Virus record (IMG/VR): IMGVR_UViG_2510065065_000004
Span: 32,001 to 96,000 of that record
DNA: 64,000 nucleotides
Source: a virus
Taxonomy: Duplodnaviria > Caudoviricetes
Direction: 5' to 3' (one strand)
The notes under the pieces are model-generated. The model ran no database searches and was not told where the DNA came from. It saw only the letters and a program-made list of their open reading frames with translations. How positions within the stretch are numbered: position 1 is the first letter of the stretch; each line of letters opens with the position of its first letter. The position numbers were made by a program, and so were the translations under genes. This document shows, in pieces, positions 46,602 to 57,238 of this stretch.

Positions 46602-46900
46602 AACTCCTTGAAGGAAACAATCAACACGTCATCAATGACAGTTAACTTCAGGTACACCTCATCACCGCTTGCCGTCTTGGCGTGGTACACATCCTGGAAT
46701 ACTGTGTGATCCGCGTAGGTCGTCATGCTCTTGTAGAAGTCGGCAGACGTGAGCGCCAAGACAACGGTGCACATTCCAGTTAAATCTTTGATGCCAAGCT
46801 CACGTGCTCCTTGGTAGGCGGTCGCTGTAGCCCTGACCTTGCCAGCTTTTACCAAGGCTTTGACGACTGGTAGCTTGTAGTGGGGTGTGCCTTTCTCCAT
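46598..46900 (-). CDS. mqsR: MqsR mRNA interferase toxin
   Basis: MEKGTPHY..FYKSMTTYADH..QDVY..YLKL..IVSFKEL. Confidence 0.93.
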   Translation of the reverse strand: MEKGTPHYKLPVVKALVKAGKVRATATAYQGARELGIKDLTGMCTVVLALTSADFYKSMTTYADHTVFQDVYHAKTASGDEVYLKLTVIDDVLIVSFKEL

Positions 46901-46909
46901 GCACCATTT

Positions 46910-46924
46910 TAACTTATTAGGTTA
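46910..46924. promoter_or_regulatory. MqsA operator
   Basis: TAACTT-ATT-AGGTTA, one mismatch to the E. coli TAACCT-N3-AGGTTA box. Confidence 0.65.
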
Positions 46925-47021
46925 ATTTATCTAGTGGGTTAATTTTAAGATTTTCAGCAATTCCTGCTTAACGTGCGACTAAACATGAAGACGTGTGATC
47001 TTTTGGAGTGTGCGGGATTGT

Positions 47022-47303
47022 TCACAAACCTAGTTCGCTGTGTGAGCCAATGCGCACGAGCTGCAATGTCTCGTCGTCTGGCTTCCGGTATATCAGTACC
47101 AAGTCGGGTTTGATGTGGCAATCACGGTGATCTTTCCAGCTGCCAGTCAGTGCGTGATCGTGGTGGCGTGGCTCCAACGGATGATCACAGGCTAAGGCAT
47201 GCACGACGTGTATGAGTTCCTCATCAAGCGTGGCGCGATGCTGGCCCTTAGCTTCGCGCTTGTAGTCGCGCTTGAACTGGCCAGTCTGGCTAATCCTCCG
47301 CAT
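47022..47303 (-). CDS. yafQ: YafQ-family toxin
   Basis: FKRDYK..DHALTGSWKDHRDCHIKPDLVLIY..RIGSHSEL. Confidence 0.92.
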   Translation of the reverse strand: MRRISQTGQFKRDYKREAKGQHRATLDEELIHVVHALACDHPLEPRHHDHALTGSWKDHRDCHIKPDLVLIYRKPDDETLQLVRIGSHSELGL

Positions 47304-47553
47304 GCAAGTCCGCCATGAGCGCCTCAATGCTGTCAAAGCTCTTGAGGTGACCAGCGCGGGCTTCGCGCATGGCTGCGATGGTAGTTGCGTTCGGCACCAG
47401 CGGCTCGAACGGTAGTGCCTTCTCGCGAGCAATGCGGGTCAGCATCATGCGGAACGCATCAGACACGCTTAGGCCCATCGTCGCCAGTACGGTTGATGCT
47501 TCTTCTTTGATGTGCGCGTCAACGCGGGCACGGACAACTGCGTTTGCAGACAT
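47290..47553 (-). CDS. dinJ: DinJ/RelB antitoxin
   Basis: VRARVD..KEEA..GLSVSDAFR..LPFE..PNATT. Confidence 0.92.
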   Translation of the reverse strand: MSANAVVRARVDAHIKEEASTVLATMGLSVSDAFRMMLTRIAREKALPFEPLVPNATTIAAMREARAGHLKSFDSIEALMADLHAED

Positions 47554-47583
47554 AGTGCAATCCTTCGATACCCAATGAGAGGC

Positions 47584-47600
47584 GAGCTACATTGTAGCTC
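47584..47600. promoter_or_regulatory. dinJ operator palindrome
   Basis: GAGCTACA-T-TGTAGCTC. Confidence 0.6.
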
Positions 47601-47651
47601 AATAATTCCAAGACACTCACTCTGCGTCATTGCCAAGTGCATTGCGCCTTC

Positions 47652-47694
47652 GGAAAACCCGCCACAGGACACCGCCCGGTGAGTCCCCCCAAGC
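47652..47694 (+). promoter_or_regulatory. Late promoter motif copy 4 (baseplate)
   Basis: GGAAAACCCGCCACAGGAC-N18-CAAGCT. Confidence 0.6.
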
Positions 47695-47702
47695 TGCTGA
47701 CC

Positions 47703-48041
47703 ATGCGCGGAATGAACATGCACACCGGAAAGCCGCTTGATGGCATCGACCACCTGCGCCAATCGGTGCAGAACATCTTGAGCACCCCCTTGGGGAGCCG
47801 GATCATGCGCCGTGATTACGGCAGCAGGCTACCGCACCTGCTTGATGCCCCGATCACCCGCGCCCTAGAAATGGAACTGTACGCGGCCACCGCACAAGCC
47901 CTTGCCGCCCACGAACCACGGATCAGACTGCGCCAAGTGACGGCCCGCGCCACCGCATCGGGCACGGTCATCCTGGACCTGATCGCCCAGTACCTGCCTG
48001 CGGGCAAAACCGTCACCCTGGACGGCATCCAGGTGCGCTGA
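47703..48041 (+). CDS. Baseplate wedge gpW/gp25
   Basis: HLRQSVQNILSTPLGSRIMRRDYGS, EPRI. Confidence 0.9.
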   Translation: MRGMNMHTGKPLDGIDHLRQSVQNILSTPLGSRIMRRDYGSRLPHLLDAPITRALEMELYAATAQALAAHEPRIRLRQVTARATASGTVILDLIAQYLPAGKTVTLDGIQVR

Positions 48042-48934
48042 TGGATAACACCCTGACGGCGATTGATATCTCCAAGCTGCCCATGCCGGATGTTATCCGG
48101 CAAGTGGCCGCAGACGTGATTTTGCAAGAAATGCTGGCTGATCTGGCGGCCCGTGATCCGACCCTGAAAGACCTCCTGCCCTCAGACCCCATCTACACCC
48201 TGCTGGAAGTGGCCGCCTACCGCGAAGCCGTGCGCCGCTACCAAAGCAACGAAGATGCCAAAGCCGTGATGGTGGCCTTGGCCAGCGATGCCGACCTGGA
48301 CAATTTAGCCGCATTATTCCGCGTCAAGCGCCTGGTGCTGGATGCAGGTGACCCCTCTAAGGGCATTGCCCCGACGATGGAGAGTGATGCCGCCTTTCGG
48401 CGGCGTATCGTCCTTGCACCGGAAGGCTACAGCGTCGCCGGTCCAGAAGGCGCTTACATCTACCATGCCATCAGCGCCCATCCCGACGTGCGTGACGTCA
48501 GTGCCACCAGCCCAACCCCTGGGGACGTCATCATCACCGTGCTATCACGCAGCGCCAACGGACAGCCCTCACAAGACGTACTTGACGCCGTGATGGCGGC
48601 GGTTAACCAAGAATCAGTACGCCCCATGACCGATCACGTGACCGTACAACCGGCACAGATCACTGACTACCAAGTCCACGCACGATTGCACACCTACGCC
48701 GGACCGGATGCAGCGGTCGTCCTGTCCGAAGCACACCGCCGCATCACCGCCTACACCACAGACACATTCCGCTTAGGCCGTGATATTGCCATCAGTGGCC
48801 TGTATGCCGGACTGCATGTGGAAGGCATTCAACGCGTGGAATTGCTCACACCACAACAGGGACTGACGATGGACCGTACCCAGGCGGCCCGCTGCACCGA
48901 CATCACCATCGTGCATGGGGGTGTGGATGAATGA
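48041..48934 (+). CDS. Baseplate gpJ
   Basis: IDISKLPMP, ESDAAFRRRI..SVAGPEGAY, VRPMTD. Confidence 0.9.
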   Translation: MDNTLTAIDISKLPMPDVIRQVAADVILQEMLADLAARDPTLKDLLPSDPIYTLLEVAAYREAVRRYQSNEDAKAVMVALASDADLDNLAALFRVKRLVLDAGDPSKGIAPTMESDAAFRRRIVLAPEGYSVAGPEGAYIYHAISAHPDVRDVSATSPTPGDVIITVLSRSANGQPSQDVLDAVMAAVNQESVRPMTDHVTVQPAQITDYQVHARLHTYAGPDAAVVLSEAHRRITAYTTDTFRLGRDIAISGLYAGLHVEGIQRVELLTPQQGLTMDRTQAARCTDITIVHGGVDE

Positions 48935-49484
48935 CCCCCTGCACAGCCTGCTGCCCCCCACGGCCACGCCACTCATGCGCACCCTGGAGCAGGTGATGGC
49001 GCGCCTGGCCGACATCCCGATCCCATTCAAACAACTATGGGACCCGCAGACCTGCCCTGAACCATTGCTCCCCTGGCTGGCCTGGTCATTGTCCGTGGAC
49101 ACCTGGCGCAGCACGTGGCCCGTGCATATCAAACGCGCGCGTATTGCGGCGGCCATCGAGATTCAGCGTTGTAAAGGCAGCGTCAAAAGTGTGCGCGATG
49201 TGGTGCGCAGCTTTGGCGGAGACGTCCTCATCACCGAGTGGTGGCAACAAAACCCACCCGCTGCGCCGCACACCTTCACACTGCTGCTCACCTTATCGGG
49301 GCAGGGCGGTAGCGAGACAACTGCCGAATTTGTTGCAGATGTCATTACAGAAGTGATCCGCACCAAACCCGTTCGCAGCCATTTCACCTTTACCCAAGGC
49401 GTGCACACCATCGGACAGATTGGCCTGCTGGGTGGCGCACAGATCACCGCGTACCGACGCGTACAACTCACCCAGGCCGCATGA
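48927..49484 (+). CDS. Tail protein gpI
   Basis: LLPP, LWDPQTCP..LLPWLAWSLSVD, KPVRSH. Confidence 0.9.
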   Translation: MNDPLHSLLPPTATPLMRTLEQVMARLADIPIPFKQLWDPQTCPEPLLPWLAWSLSVDTWRSTWPVHIKRARIAAAIEIQRCKGSVKSVRDVVRSFGGDVLITEWWQQNPPAAPHTFTLLLTLSGQGGSETTAEFVADVITEVIRTKPVRSHFTFTQGVHTIGQIGLLGGAQITAYRRVQLTQAA

Positions 49485-49491
49485 GGATGGT

Positions 49492-51083
49492 ATGACCCCA
49501 CTCCAGATCACCATCACCCCACAGGGCCGCGCCGCCCTAGTGAACGCCGAACATCATGGCACCGTCCCGGTGCGGCTGGCTTCTGTCGGCCTGACCGCGC
49601 AACACTTTGACCCCGCCGCAGCAACGATGCCTGATGAATCCAAACGCCTAACCACCTTCTCCGGTGGCGTGGTGGCCGCAGACACTATTCACATCACCAT
49701 CCGCGATGCAACCGCCGACCAGTACGACATCCGCGGCTTTGGTGTCTACCTGGAGGATGGCACCTTATTTGCCACCTACTCCCAACAGGACATCATTCTC
49801 AGTAAATCCGCATCGGCCATGCTCCTGCTGGCGATTGATGTTCGGTTTGTGGATACCGATGCGACTCAACTCTCCTTCGGTGACACCTCCTGGAACAACC
49901 CTCCGGCGACACAGACAGTGGCAGGCGTCCTTACCTTGTCCAGCAACGCCCAAGCCATCGCGGCCTGGAGGATCGCAGCGCCGTAGCGCCTGCCACATTG
50001 AAAGCCACCCTGGATCACCGCCTAGGCGAAGCCGCCCCTTCCGACTACGCTAAAACACTGATGGCCAGCGCCGATGCGCCCGCCCTCCGTCACCTTCTAG
50101 GCCTGGGCGATGCTGCCGTGATGGACACCGGATCAGAAAAAGGATTGGATGCAGATTTACTCGACGGCTATCACGGCACCTACTACCTGCAATGGAGAAA
50201 CCTCCAGAACACCCCACAGACCTATCCGCCCAGCCCCCACCAGCACGCCAGCAGCGACCTCCCTGAGCTGGCCTCACACCTAGATACTCTGGTGAAAAAA
50301 ACGGGCAGCCTCATGACCGGCTCGCTCCAGTCCCAAGGCACCTTGATTGGAGACGCACTGGGTAACGGACGCATTCCGGCACTGAAAATCGGTAACGATT
50401 GTGAATTCTGGGACAACAATATCCCCTACGCGGCCACCTTCCGCAGCGGCACCTCCCCAGCCATCGCACAACTGTTCTTTGGCACCAGCAACCATTGCTA
50501 TTTCGGCACCAGCACCAAAAACACCAGCACAGTGATTGGTGCCAAAACGGGCTTACTGTGGATTGAAACGGCAGGCAATTACTTCTATCAACAACACGAC
50601 ACGACCCACGTTGCCTTTTACAAAAAGAACGGAGGTCACGCCTTTTTCTGGAGACGCAGCGACAGCGGCGGCAGCGGCGGTACCAATGAAGCGCAACTGA
50701 TGGCACTGGAAGACAATGGCAATCTATCCGTGAAAGGCACTATCGTCTCGGCAGGCGGCTACGCCCAAGGCTCCTCCCGAAAACTCAAAGACATTGAAGG
50801 CCCCCTGCCGTATGGCCTGGCAGAGATTGAACAACTCACCCCCCTGATCGGACGCTACAAACCGGCCTACACCCCCGACGGACGCCGCCGCCTATTTTTA
50901 GAGGCAGAACAACTACTCGACCTAATGCCGGAAACGGTCAATCCCGAAGGCATCCCCTTCCAAGGCGCTTACGTCCCCTCGGTCAACCTGGACCAACTCC
51001 TGCCCGTACTGGTGAATGCCATTGCACAGCTCTCAGCCAAAGTAAACGCACTGACCGGCGCGCCACGCCACGCGGAAAAATAG
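49492..51083 (+). pseudogene. Tail fibre with C-terminal S74 chaperone, split by a 1-bp deletion near 49961
   Basis: Adding one base joins QAIA to GLEDRSAVAPATLKA; GLDADLLDG; SSRKLKDIE..AEQL..PETV..VNAIAQL. Confidence 0.75.
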
Positions 51084-51117
51084 CCACAGGACAGCAAACA
51101 GCTGTCGCACCGATCAT
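51074..51117 (+). promoter_or_regulatory. Late promoter motif copy 5 (sheath)
   Basis: GGAAAAATAGCCACAGGAC-N19-GATCAT. Confidence 0.55.
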
Positions 51118-51147
51118 CTCCCCGTCTTACAGCAGATGAGGGGCCTG

Positions 51148-52326
51148 ATGGCGGAACACTATCTACATGGCGTTGAAGTGCTGGAGATCGACGATGGCGC
51201 ACGCGTCATCCAAACGGCCTCCAGCAGCGTCATTGGCCTGGTGGGCACTGCGCCTCTGGCCGACGCTACCACCTATCCCCTCAACACCCCCGTGCTGATC
51301 CCAGGATCAACCGCGATGGCGGCCACACTAGGGACAGCAGGCACCTTGCCCCAGGCCATGGACAGCATTTTTGATCAGATTGGCGCAGCCGTGATTGTGG
51401 TGCGTATTGAAGATAGTGTTAACGAAACCGAGCGGCTGTCTCATGCCGTCGGTGGCATCAACGCCGCCAACGGCACCTATGAAGGCGTCCATGCGTTGCT
51501 AGCTGCCGAAAACATCACCGGCTATAAACCGCGCCTGCTGATTGCTCCAGGCTTGACCCACCAACGCCCAGAACAGACACAGGCCAACCCCGTTGTGTCC
51601 GAATTGATCGGCATTGCCGAGCGACTGCGTGCCATCATCATTGCTGACGGCCCGGGCACCACTGATGCACAGGCCATTGCTTATGCCGGGGACTTTGGCA
51701 GCAAACGCGTGTTTCTGGTCGATCCGCGGATCACCACACTAGGACCCGATGGCACCACCATCACCGCCTACAGCAGCGCTGCGGTGGCCGGACTCATCGC
51801 CAAGATAGATAACCGCAATGGCTGGTGGTGGTCCCCCTCCAATCACCCCATCAACGGCATTCTTGGCACCTCACGCCCCATTGATTTCGCATTGGGCGAT
51901 GCCACCAGCCGCGCCAATCTGCTCAATGAAAAAAAGATTGCCACCATCATTCGTCATGACGGCTACCGATTATGGGGAAACCGCACCTTATCCAGCGATC
52001 CCAAGTGGACCTACCTCTGCGTGGTCCGCATCGCCGATATCATCGCCGATAGCTTACAAGCGGCCCATCTGTGGGCGGTGGATCGCTCCATTACCAAGAC
52101 CTACGCCAGTGATGTTGAGGAAGGCGTCAATGCCTATCTGCGCCGACTGAAAAGCCTGGGCGCGATTATTAATGGCCGATGCTGGGCCGATCCGGAACTC
52201 AATACGAAAGACGCCATCACCGCCGGGCACGTCTATTTTAATTTCGACTTCACCCCGGCCTATCCCGCCGAACACATCACCTTCCGTAGTCGGCTCACCA
52301 GTGATTATCTGGTGGAGGTGTTCTAA
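51148..52326 (+). CDS. Tail sheath (P2 FI)
   Basis: YLHGVEV, GWWWSPSN, GYRLWGNRT, PAEHITF. Confidence 0.92.
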   Translation: MAEHYLHGVEVLEIDDGARVIQTASSSVIGLVGTAPLADATTYPLNTPVLIPGSTAMAATLGTAGTLPQAMDSIFDQIGAAVIVVRIEDSVNETERLSHAVGGINAANGTYEGVHALLAAENITGYKPRLLIAPGLTHQRPEQTQANPVVSELIGIAERLRAIIIADGPGTTDAQAIAYAGDFGSKRVFLVDPRITTLGPDGTTITAYSSAAVAGLIAKIDNRNGWWWSPSNHPINGILGTSRPIDFALGDATSRANLLNEKKIATIIRHDGYRLWGNRTLSSDPKWTYLCVVRIADIIADSLQAAHLWAVDRSITKTYASDVEEGVNAYLRRLKSLGAIINGRCWADPELNTKDAITAGHVYFNFDFTPAYPAEHITFRSRLTSDYLVEVF

Positions 52327-52835
52327 TGTCCGCACCGCGTCATCTGCTCAAACACCTGAACCTGTTCATTGATGGCAAAGGCTATGCAGGGCAGGTCGAA
52401 GACATCAACCTGCCAAAATTGACCTTAAAAACCGAAGAGTTCCGGGGTGGCGGCATGCTGGCCCCTGTGGAACTCACGATGGGCATGGAGAAGCTCGAAA
52501 CCGATGTCAGCTTGATCTGCTACAGCAGCGACGCACTCCTGCTGTTCGGCGTCACCGAAGGAAAGCATGTGAACTGCACCGTGCGTGGCTTTCTGGAATC
52601 CTTCGATGGGACGACGACAACCCTTGCGATCCATCTGCGCGGCAAAGTCAAAGAAATCGACCGCGGCACCTGGAAACCGGCTGACAAATCCACCCTAAAA
52701 CTGGCCTTGGCACTGAGCTACTACAAAGAAGTACACAACGCCACCGTCATTCATGAAATCGACGTAGAAAACATGATCTTCCAGCAAAACGGCATTGATC
52801 TGCTCGCCCCCGCTCGCAACGCACTAGGACTCTAA
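52326..52835 (+). CDS. Tail tube (P2 FII)
   Basis: NLFIDG, LPKL..EEFRGGGM, EIDVEN. Confidence 0.92.
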   Translation: MSAPRHLLKHLNLFIDGKGYAGQVEDINLPKLTLKTEEFRGGGMLAPVELTMGMEKLETDVSLICYSSDALLLFGVTEGKHVNCTVRGFLESFDGTTTTLAIHLRGKVKEIDRGTWKPADKSTLKLALALSYYKEVHNATVIHEIDVENMIFQQNGIDLLAPARNALGL

Positions 52836-52837
52836 CC

Positions 52838-53125
52838 ATGACCGGACCGACCACTGATAAACCGTACCTCCGCGAAGCAGAAGGCGGCGTACGCATCACC
52901 TTCGCCTCACCCGTCAGCATCAATGGCACCACCGTCAATGAACTATGGATGCGCGAACCGACCGCAGGGGATATGAAACGCTCCTTTGCACTCCCAGGCA
53001 ACGAAGGCGAACGCGAATTGCGTATCTTCTCCAACCTTCTGGAAGTGGCCCCCGAAGCCTTAGAAACCTTCAGCCTGCGTAACTACAAACGGCTACAGGA
53101 GGCCTTCCTGATTTTTATCGAGTGA
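52838..53125 (+). CDS. Tail assembly chaperone (gpE)
   Basis: MREPTAGD; ATTTTT run before the stop. Confidence 0.8.
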   Translation: MTGPTTDKPYLREAEGGVRITFASPVSINGTTVNELWMREPTAGDMKRSFALPGNEGERELRIFSNLLEVAPEALETFSLRNYKRLQEAFLIFIE

Positions 53126-53262
53126 GGCTAACGCTGGAGGAACTCCGCCAAGGCGTTCTGGCCCTAGCCTCACATACAGGATGGTCGCTCGTGGACATTC
53201 TCGCGCTCCCGATGCGTGAATTCCTATTCTGGATCGACGGATTACCGCGCGATGGCGAGTAA
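53111..53262 (+). CDS. gpE'-like -1 frameshift extension
   Basis: -1 frame ..LALASHTGWSLVDILALPMREFLFWIDGLPRDGE* resembles P2 gpE'. Confidence 0.65.
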
Positions 53263-55471
53263 AAAACAATTCCACGCAAGCCTGATCATTGCTGGGCACC
53301 TGTCCAGCACATTGAAAAGCGCCTTCGGGTCCACACAGCGCAACGTACAACGTATTGGCGCGGCGGTCACCACACTCTCGCGACAGCAACGCCTGCTTGG
53401 ACAAGGCATCCACACCTTCGGACGCATGGGGCGCAATGTCGATGGACTGCGCACCCGGTATGCGGCATTAACCAGACAATTAGAACGCACCCGCGCCGCA
53501 CAACAGCGGCTCAACCAAGCACAATCGGCCCTTGAAGGACACCGCGCCCACCTTTCGCAGACGCGCGGACAGCTCGGGGGTGCCGTAGGGACCTTGGGGG
53601 CCGTCTCGGCTGCCGCGTTTTTTCCCATCAAGGCGGCGGTTGAGTTTGAAACCGCCATGCTTGGCATTGTCAAGCAAGTCGATGGCGCACGCGACCCTAC
53701 CGGCAAGTTGACCTGCGTGTATGAGGACATGGGCAACGCCATCCAGCAGCTCGCGCGTACGATCCCCATAGCCACCAATCAACTGGCCGACATGGTGACC
53801 GCCGGTGCCCGTATGGGCATTGCCGAAGGCATGAACCCGGAACAGGCAAGAAAAACACTGATCGAATTTACGCGCGTCTCGGCCATGGCGGCGACCGCCT
53901 TTGAGATGCCTGCTGATGAACTTGCCGACAACATGGGAAAAATCGCTGGCATTTTTAAAATCCCGATCAGCGACATTGAGCGTTTGGGCGACGCCATCAA
54001 CTACCTCGATGACAACGCCATCTCTAAAGGTGGCGACATCATCAAAGTGATGCAGGGTGACCTGGCCGGAGCGGCCTCCACCATGGGCTTATCCGCCAAA
54101 AATGCGGCGGCGCTGGCGTCTACCTTCCTCACCCTGGGCGAATCCGCCGAACGCGCTGACACCGCCGCCTCTGGACTGCTACGGCAATTACAAATTGCCA
54201 AAATGAACCCCAAACGCTTCCAGATCGGCGTGGATATGTTGGGCATGACCGCTGACCAACTCCAAAAAGGCATGGTCACCGATCCCCAGTCCATGATTCT
54301 CGACGTTCTCACACGCATTAAGAAACTTCCTGTTGAACAGCAAATGGAGGCCGTCACACGCCTGTTCGGCAAAGACTGGGGCGGCGCGATTGCTAAGCTT
54401 GCCAACGGTGTCGATGAATACCGCCGCCAACTGGCGCTTGCCAATGGCGAAGCCGCCAAAGGCAGCATGTCGCGGGAATTCCAAGCCAGACAGCGCACCA
54501 CAGCCGCGCAGTGGCAGATCACTAAAAATCGCCTCACCGAGCTTTCCGTAGCCATTGGTAACGCCTTACTGCCTGCTATCAACGACCTGTTAGCGTCCTC
54601 GGCTCCGGTCATTGAGCGATTTGCAGCATGGACACAACAACATCCCGGCGTAGTGAAAGCAGTGCTGGGAACCGCCCTGGCCCTGACCGGTTTTAGAGTC
54701 GCCGTCATCGCCCTGCGCTTTGCCTTTGCCGCCCTGCGCTACCCCCTGTTGCTCGGACTACGCCTGATCGCCTCATGGCGGGCGGTGGGCACCTTGGCGT
54801 CTATGGCCCAAGTACGCACCGCAGCGCTGGCCGTGGGGCGCGTGCTAGGCCGCCTGTTACCTGTAGCGTTTATGGTCGCTGGCCGTGCGGCACTGTGGAT
54901 GGGCCGGGCATTGCTCATGAATCCGGTGGGACTGGCCGTCACCGCGATTGCTTCAGGTGCGTTGCTGATCATCCAACACTGGAACACCATCAAACCGTTC
55001 ATGACCACCCTATGGGAAGAGGTCAAAACGATCTTCAGCGGTGCCTGGAATGGGATTACAGGCCTTTTTACCGGCAACTTCGACCGTGTGAAAAACGGAT
55101 TCAAAACCATGTTTGATGGCGTCGGCACCATCGCTACCGCCTTCTTCGACAAACTCAAATCGCTATGGGATTGGGCCACCGAAAAGTTCACCACAATGAA
55201 GCAATGGTTAGGCATCGGCGACAGCCTAACCCAACACACCATTGCTACCGCAGGTGCAGGCGCAGCCCCCACAGCAACGGTGCGCATGCCGCCATTGGCG
55301 CAACAGCATAGGACAAACAATGCGGATTACCGTAGCTACGCCACCTACAACATCACCCAACAACCGGGCGAACGTGGCGAAACCCTAGCACGCCGCATCG
55401 CCGCACACTCCAACCCATCACAGAGGCCACCACGCAGCGCCCTGTACGACGATGCCAGAGGCCGAGAATGA
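53252..55471 (+). CDS. Tape measure protein
   Basis: AVEFETAM, DAINYLDDN, NPVG repeats. Confidence 0.9.
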   Translation: MASKKQFHASLIIAGHLSSTLKSAFGSTQRNVQRIGAAVTTLSRQQRLLGQGIHTFGRMGRNVDGLRTRYAALTRQLERTRAAQQRLNQAQSALEGHRAHLSQTRGQLGGAVGTLGAVSAAAFFPIKAAVEFETAMLGIVKQVDGARDPTGKLTCVYEDMGNAIQQLARTIPIATNQLADMVTAGARMGIAEGMNPEQARKTLIEFTRVSAMAATAFEMPADELADNMGKIAGIFKIPISDIERLGDAINYLDDNAISKGGDIIKVMQGDLAGAASTMGLSAKNAAALASTFLTLGESAERADTAASGLLRQLQIAKMNPKRFQIGVDMLGMTADQLQKGMVTDPQSMILDVLTRIKKLPVEQQMEAVTRLFGKDWGGAIAKLANGVDEYRRQLALANGEAAKGSMSREFQARQRTTAAQWQITKNRLTELSVAIGNALLPAINDLLASSAPVIERFAAWTQQHPGVVKAVLGTALALTGFRVAVIALRFAFAALRYPLLLGLRLIASWRAVGTLASMAQVRTAALAVGRVLGRLLPVAFMVAGRAALWMGRALLMNPVGLAVTAIASGALLIIQHWNTIKPFMTTLWEEVKTIFSGAWNGITGLFTGNFDRVKNGFKTMFDGVGTIATAFFDKLKSLWDWATEKFTTMKQWLGIGDSLTQHTIATAGAGAAPTATVRMPPLAQQHRTNNADYRSYATYNITQQPGERGETLARRIAAHSNPSQRPPRSALYDDARGRE

Positions 55472-55950
55472 TCCGTCACACCCTGTGGAACACTGTCGCC
55501 GCCCCCCTGCAAAACGCATTCCAAACCAACACCAGCGGCAACCGGCCTGTCCTGATGATGCTAGGCGGCTACACCTTCTCACTGACTAGCCTCGTCTACC
55601 AAGAACTCGCCCGCGTGAACGAATACCGCTGGGCCGCCATCGAACGCTATGGGCAGCGCGATGCGCGCCAATACACCGGCCCAGGGGAGGAAAGTATCGA
55701 ACTGCCCGGTATCGCCTACCCAGATTGGCAAGGCCAACGTGCCTCATTGGACGAATTACGCGCCTTGGCCGCCCAAGGCAACCCCTTACAGCTCATTGAT
55801 AGTAATGGCGTCATCCATGGCTGGTATGTCATCGAACGCATTGAAGAACGCCAAAGCAACCATCACCCCAACGGCACACCACGGCGTATTGAATTTACAC
55901 TCGCCTTACAACGCGTCAACGACGACCAGGCCGGAGAGGCCACCCCATGA
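55468..55950 (+). CDS. Tail protein gpU
   Basis: MMLGGYTF, QYTGPGEESIEL, RIEFTL. Confidence 0.88.
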   Translation: MIRHTLWNTVAAPLQNAFQTNTSGNRPVLMMLGGYTFSLTSLVYQELARVNEYRWAAIERYGQRDARQYTGPGEESIELPGIAYPDWQGQRASLDELRALAAQGNPLQLIDSNGVIHGWYVIERIEERQSNHHPNGTPRRIEFTLALQRVNDDQAGEATP

Positions 55951-56165
55951 GCCTGCACATCTATCGCACACGCCACGGTGACACCGTCGACTGGCTCGCA
56001 TGGAAGTATTACGCACGCACCGATGCGGCCATCATCTCGGCGATCTATGAAGCAAACCACGGCTTAGCCGCCTGGGGGCCCGTGCTGCCGGAAGCCATCG
56101 CGATCACCTTGCCAGATCCTGCGGCCACACCGCACACCCTTCCAGGAGTCGCATTGTGGGAGTGA
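55947..56165 (+). CDS. Tail protein gpX (LysM-like)
   Basis: GDTVDWLAWKYY, ANHGLA..GPVLP, LWE. Confidence 0.88.
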   Translation: MSLHIYRTRHGDTVDWLAWKYYARTDAAIISAIYEANHGLAAWGPVLPEAIAITLPDPAATPHTLPGVALWE

Positions 56166-57238
56166 CGCCCTCCTACCGGCTCATCGCCAACGACAACGAT
56201 ATTACCGCCCTCATCACCGCACGCATGGCAAGCCTACAGCTGTCTGATGAGTCCGGAAGCCATGCCGACACCTTGGAAGTGGTCCTGGCTGACCATCTGC
56301 CTAACGCCCCGCTCAAACTGCCACCGATGGGGGCGGAACTGGAACTGGCATTAGGCTACGACGGCCAATTACGCCCGATGGGCGTTTTTGTGTGTAGCGA
56401 AATCCAATTGTCCGGATGGCCCGCCACAATGACCCTGCGCGCCCACGCAGCCCCCTGGGAAGGCACCCCTAAAGGCAAAAGTGACCTGCAAACCCAAAAA
56501 ACCCGCTCCTGGCCTGCCGGAACCACACTCGGTGCCATGCTGTCCACAATGGCTGCCGAACACGGCATGACCTCCGCGATTTCCCCCTCGCTCACAGACG
56601 TCGCGTTACCACACATTGATCAGACAGAAGAATCAGATATCAACGTCCTGCTACGGCTAGCACAGCGGTACGATGCGATTGCTAAACCTGCCGGAGGCCG
56701 ACTGATCTTTGCCAAACGCGGTGAGTCTAAAAGCGTCACAGGCATTGATATGCCACGCGTCACCTTGACACCTGATGAGATCGCCTCCTGGCAAATGACC
56801 TACGCAACGCGGGATAGCCCCGGCACAGTGGTTGCCTTCTACCGTCTGGCACGCCGCGCTGAACTGCATCAAGTCAGCGTCGGCGACGGGCATCCCGTTC
56901 ACCGCATCAAACAATACCTGCCTGATGCTGCTGCCGCCATCGCCGCCGCTCGGGGTGAACTGTCACGCCGTGCCCGCGCTGAAACCAAACTCACTCTAGA
57001 GATGGCAGGGCGTGCGGAGCTGTCGGCAGAAGCCGTCTTGACACTCAACGGCTGGCGGGAAGGAGTTAACGGCGATTGGCTCGTCACCCGTGTGCAACAT
57101 TGCCTAGACAAAAACGGCTACCGATGTAGCGTCGAAGCCGAGCGGCCCAACAGCCATCCCGATGTTGCTGCCGCCATCAACACGCAAGAACGCGATCAAG
57201 TCGTACGCCCCTCCAGCACCCATCATCAGAAAACATAG
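56156..57238 (+). CDS. Baseplate hub gpD
   Basis: ALGY, HIDQTEESD..LRLA, VNGDW. Confidence 0.88.
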   Translation: MGVTPSYRLIANDNDITALITARMASLQLSDESGSHADTLEVVLADHLPNAPLKLPPMGAELELALGYDGQLRPMGVFVCSEIQLSGWPATMTLRAHAAPWEGTPKGKSDLQTQKTRSWPAGTTLGAMLSTMAAEHGMTSAISPSLTDVALPHIDQTEESDINVLLRLAQRYDAIAKPAGGRLIFAKRGESKSVTGIDMPRVTLTPDEIASWQMTYATRDSPGTVVAFYRLARRAELHQVSVGDGHPVHRIKQYLPDAAAAIAAARGELSRRARAETKLTLEMAGRAELSAEAVLTLNGWREGVNGDWLVTRVQHCLDKNGYRCSVEAERPNSHPDVAAAINTQERDQVVRPSSTHHQKT

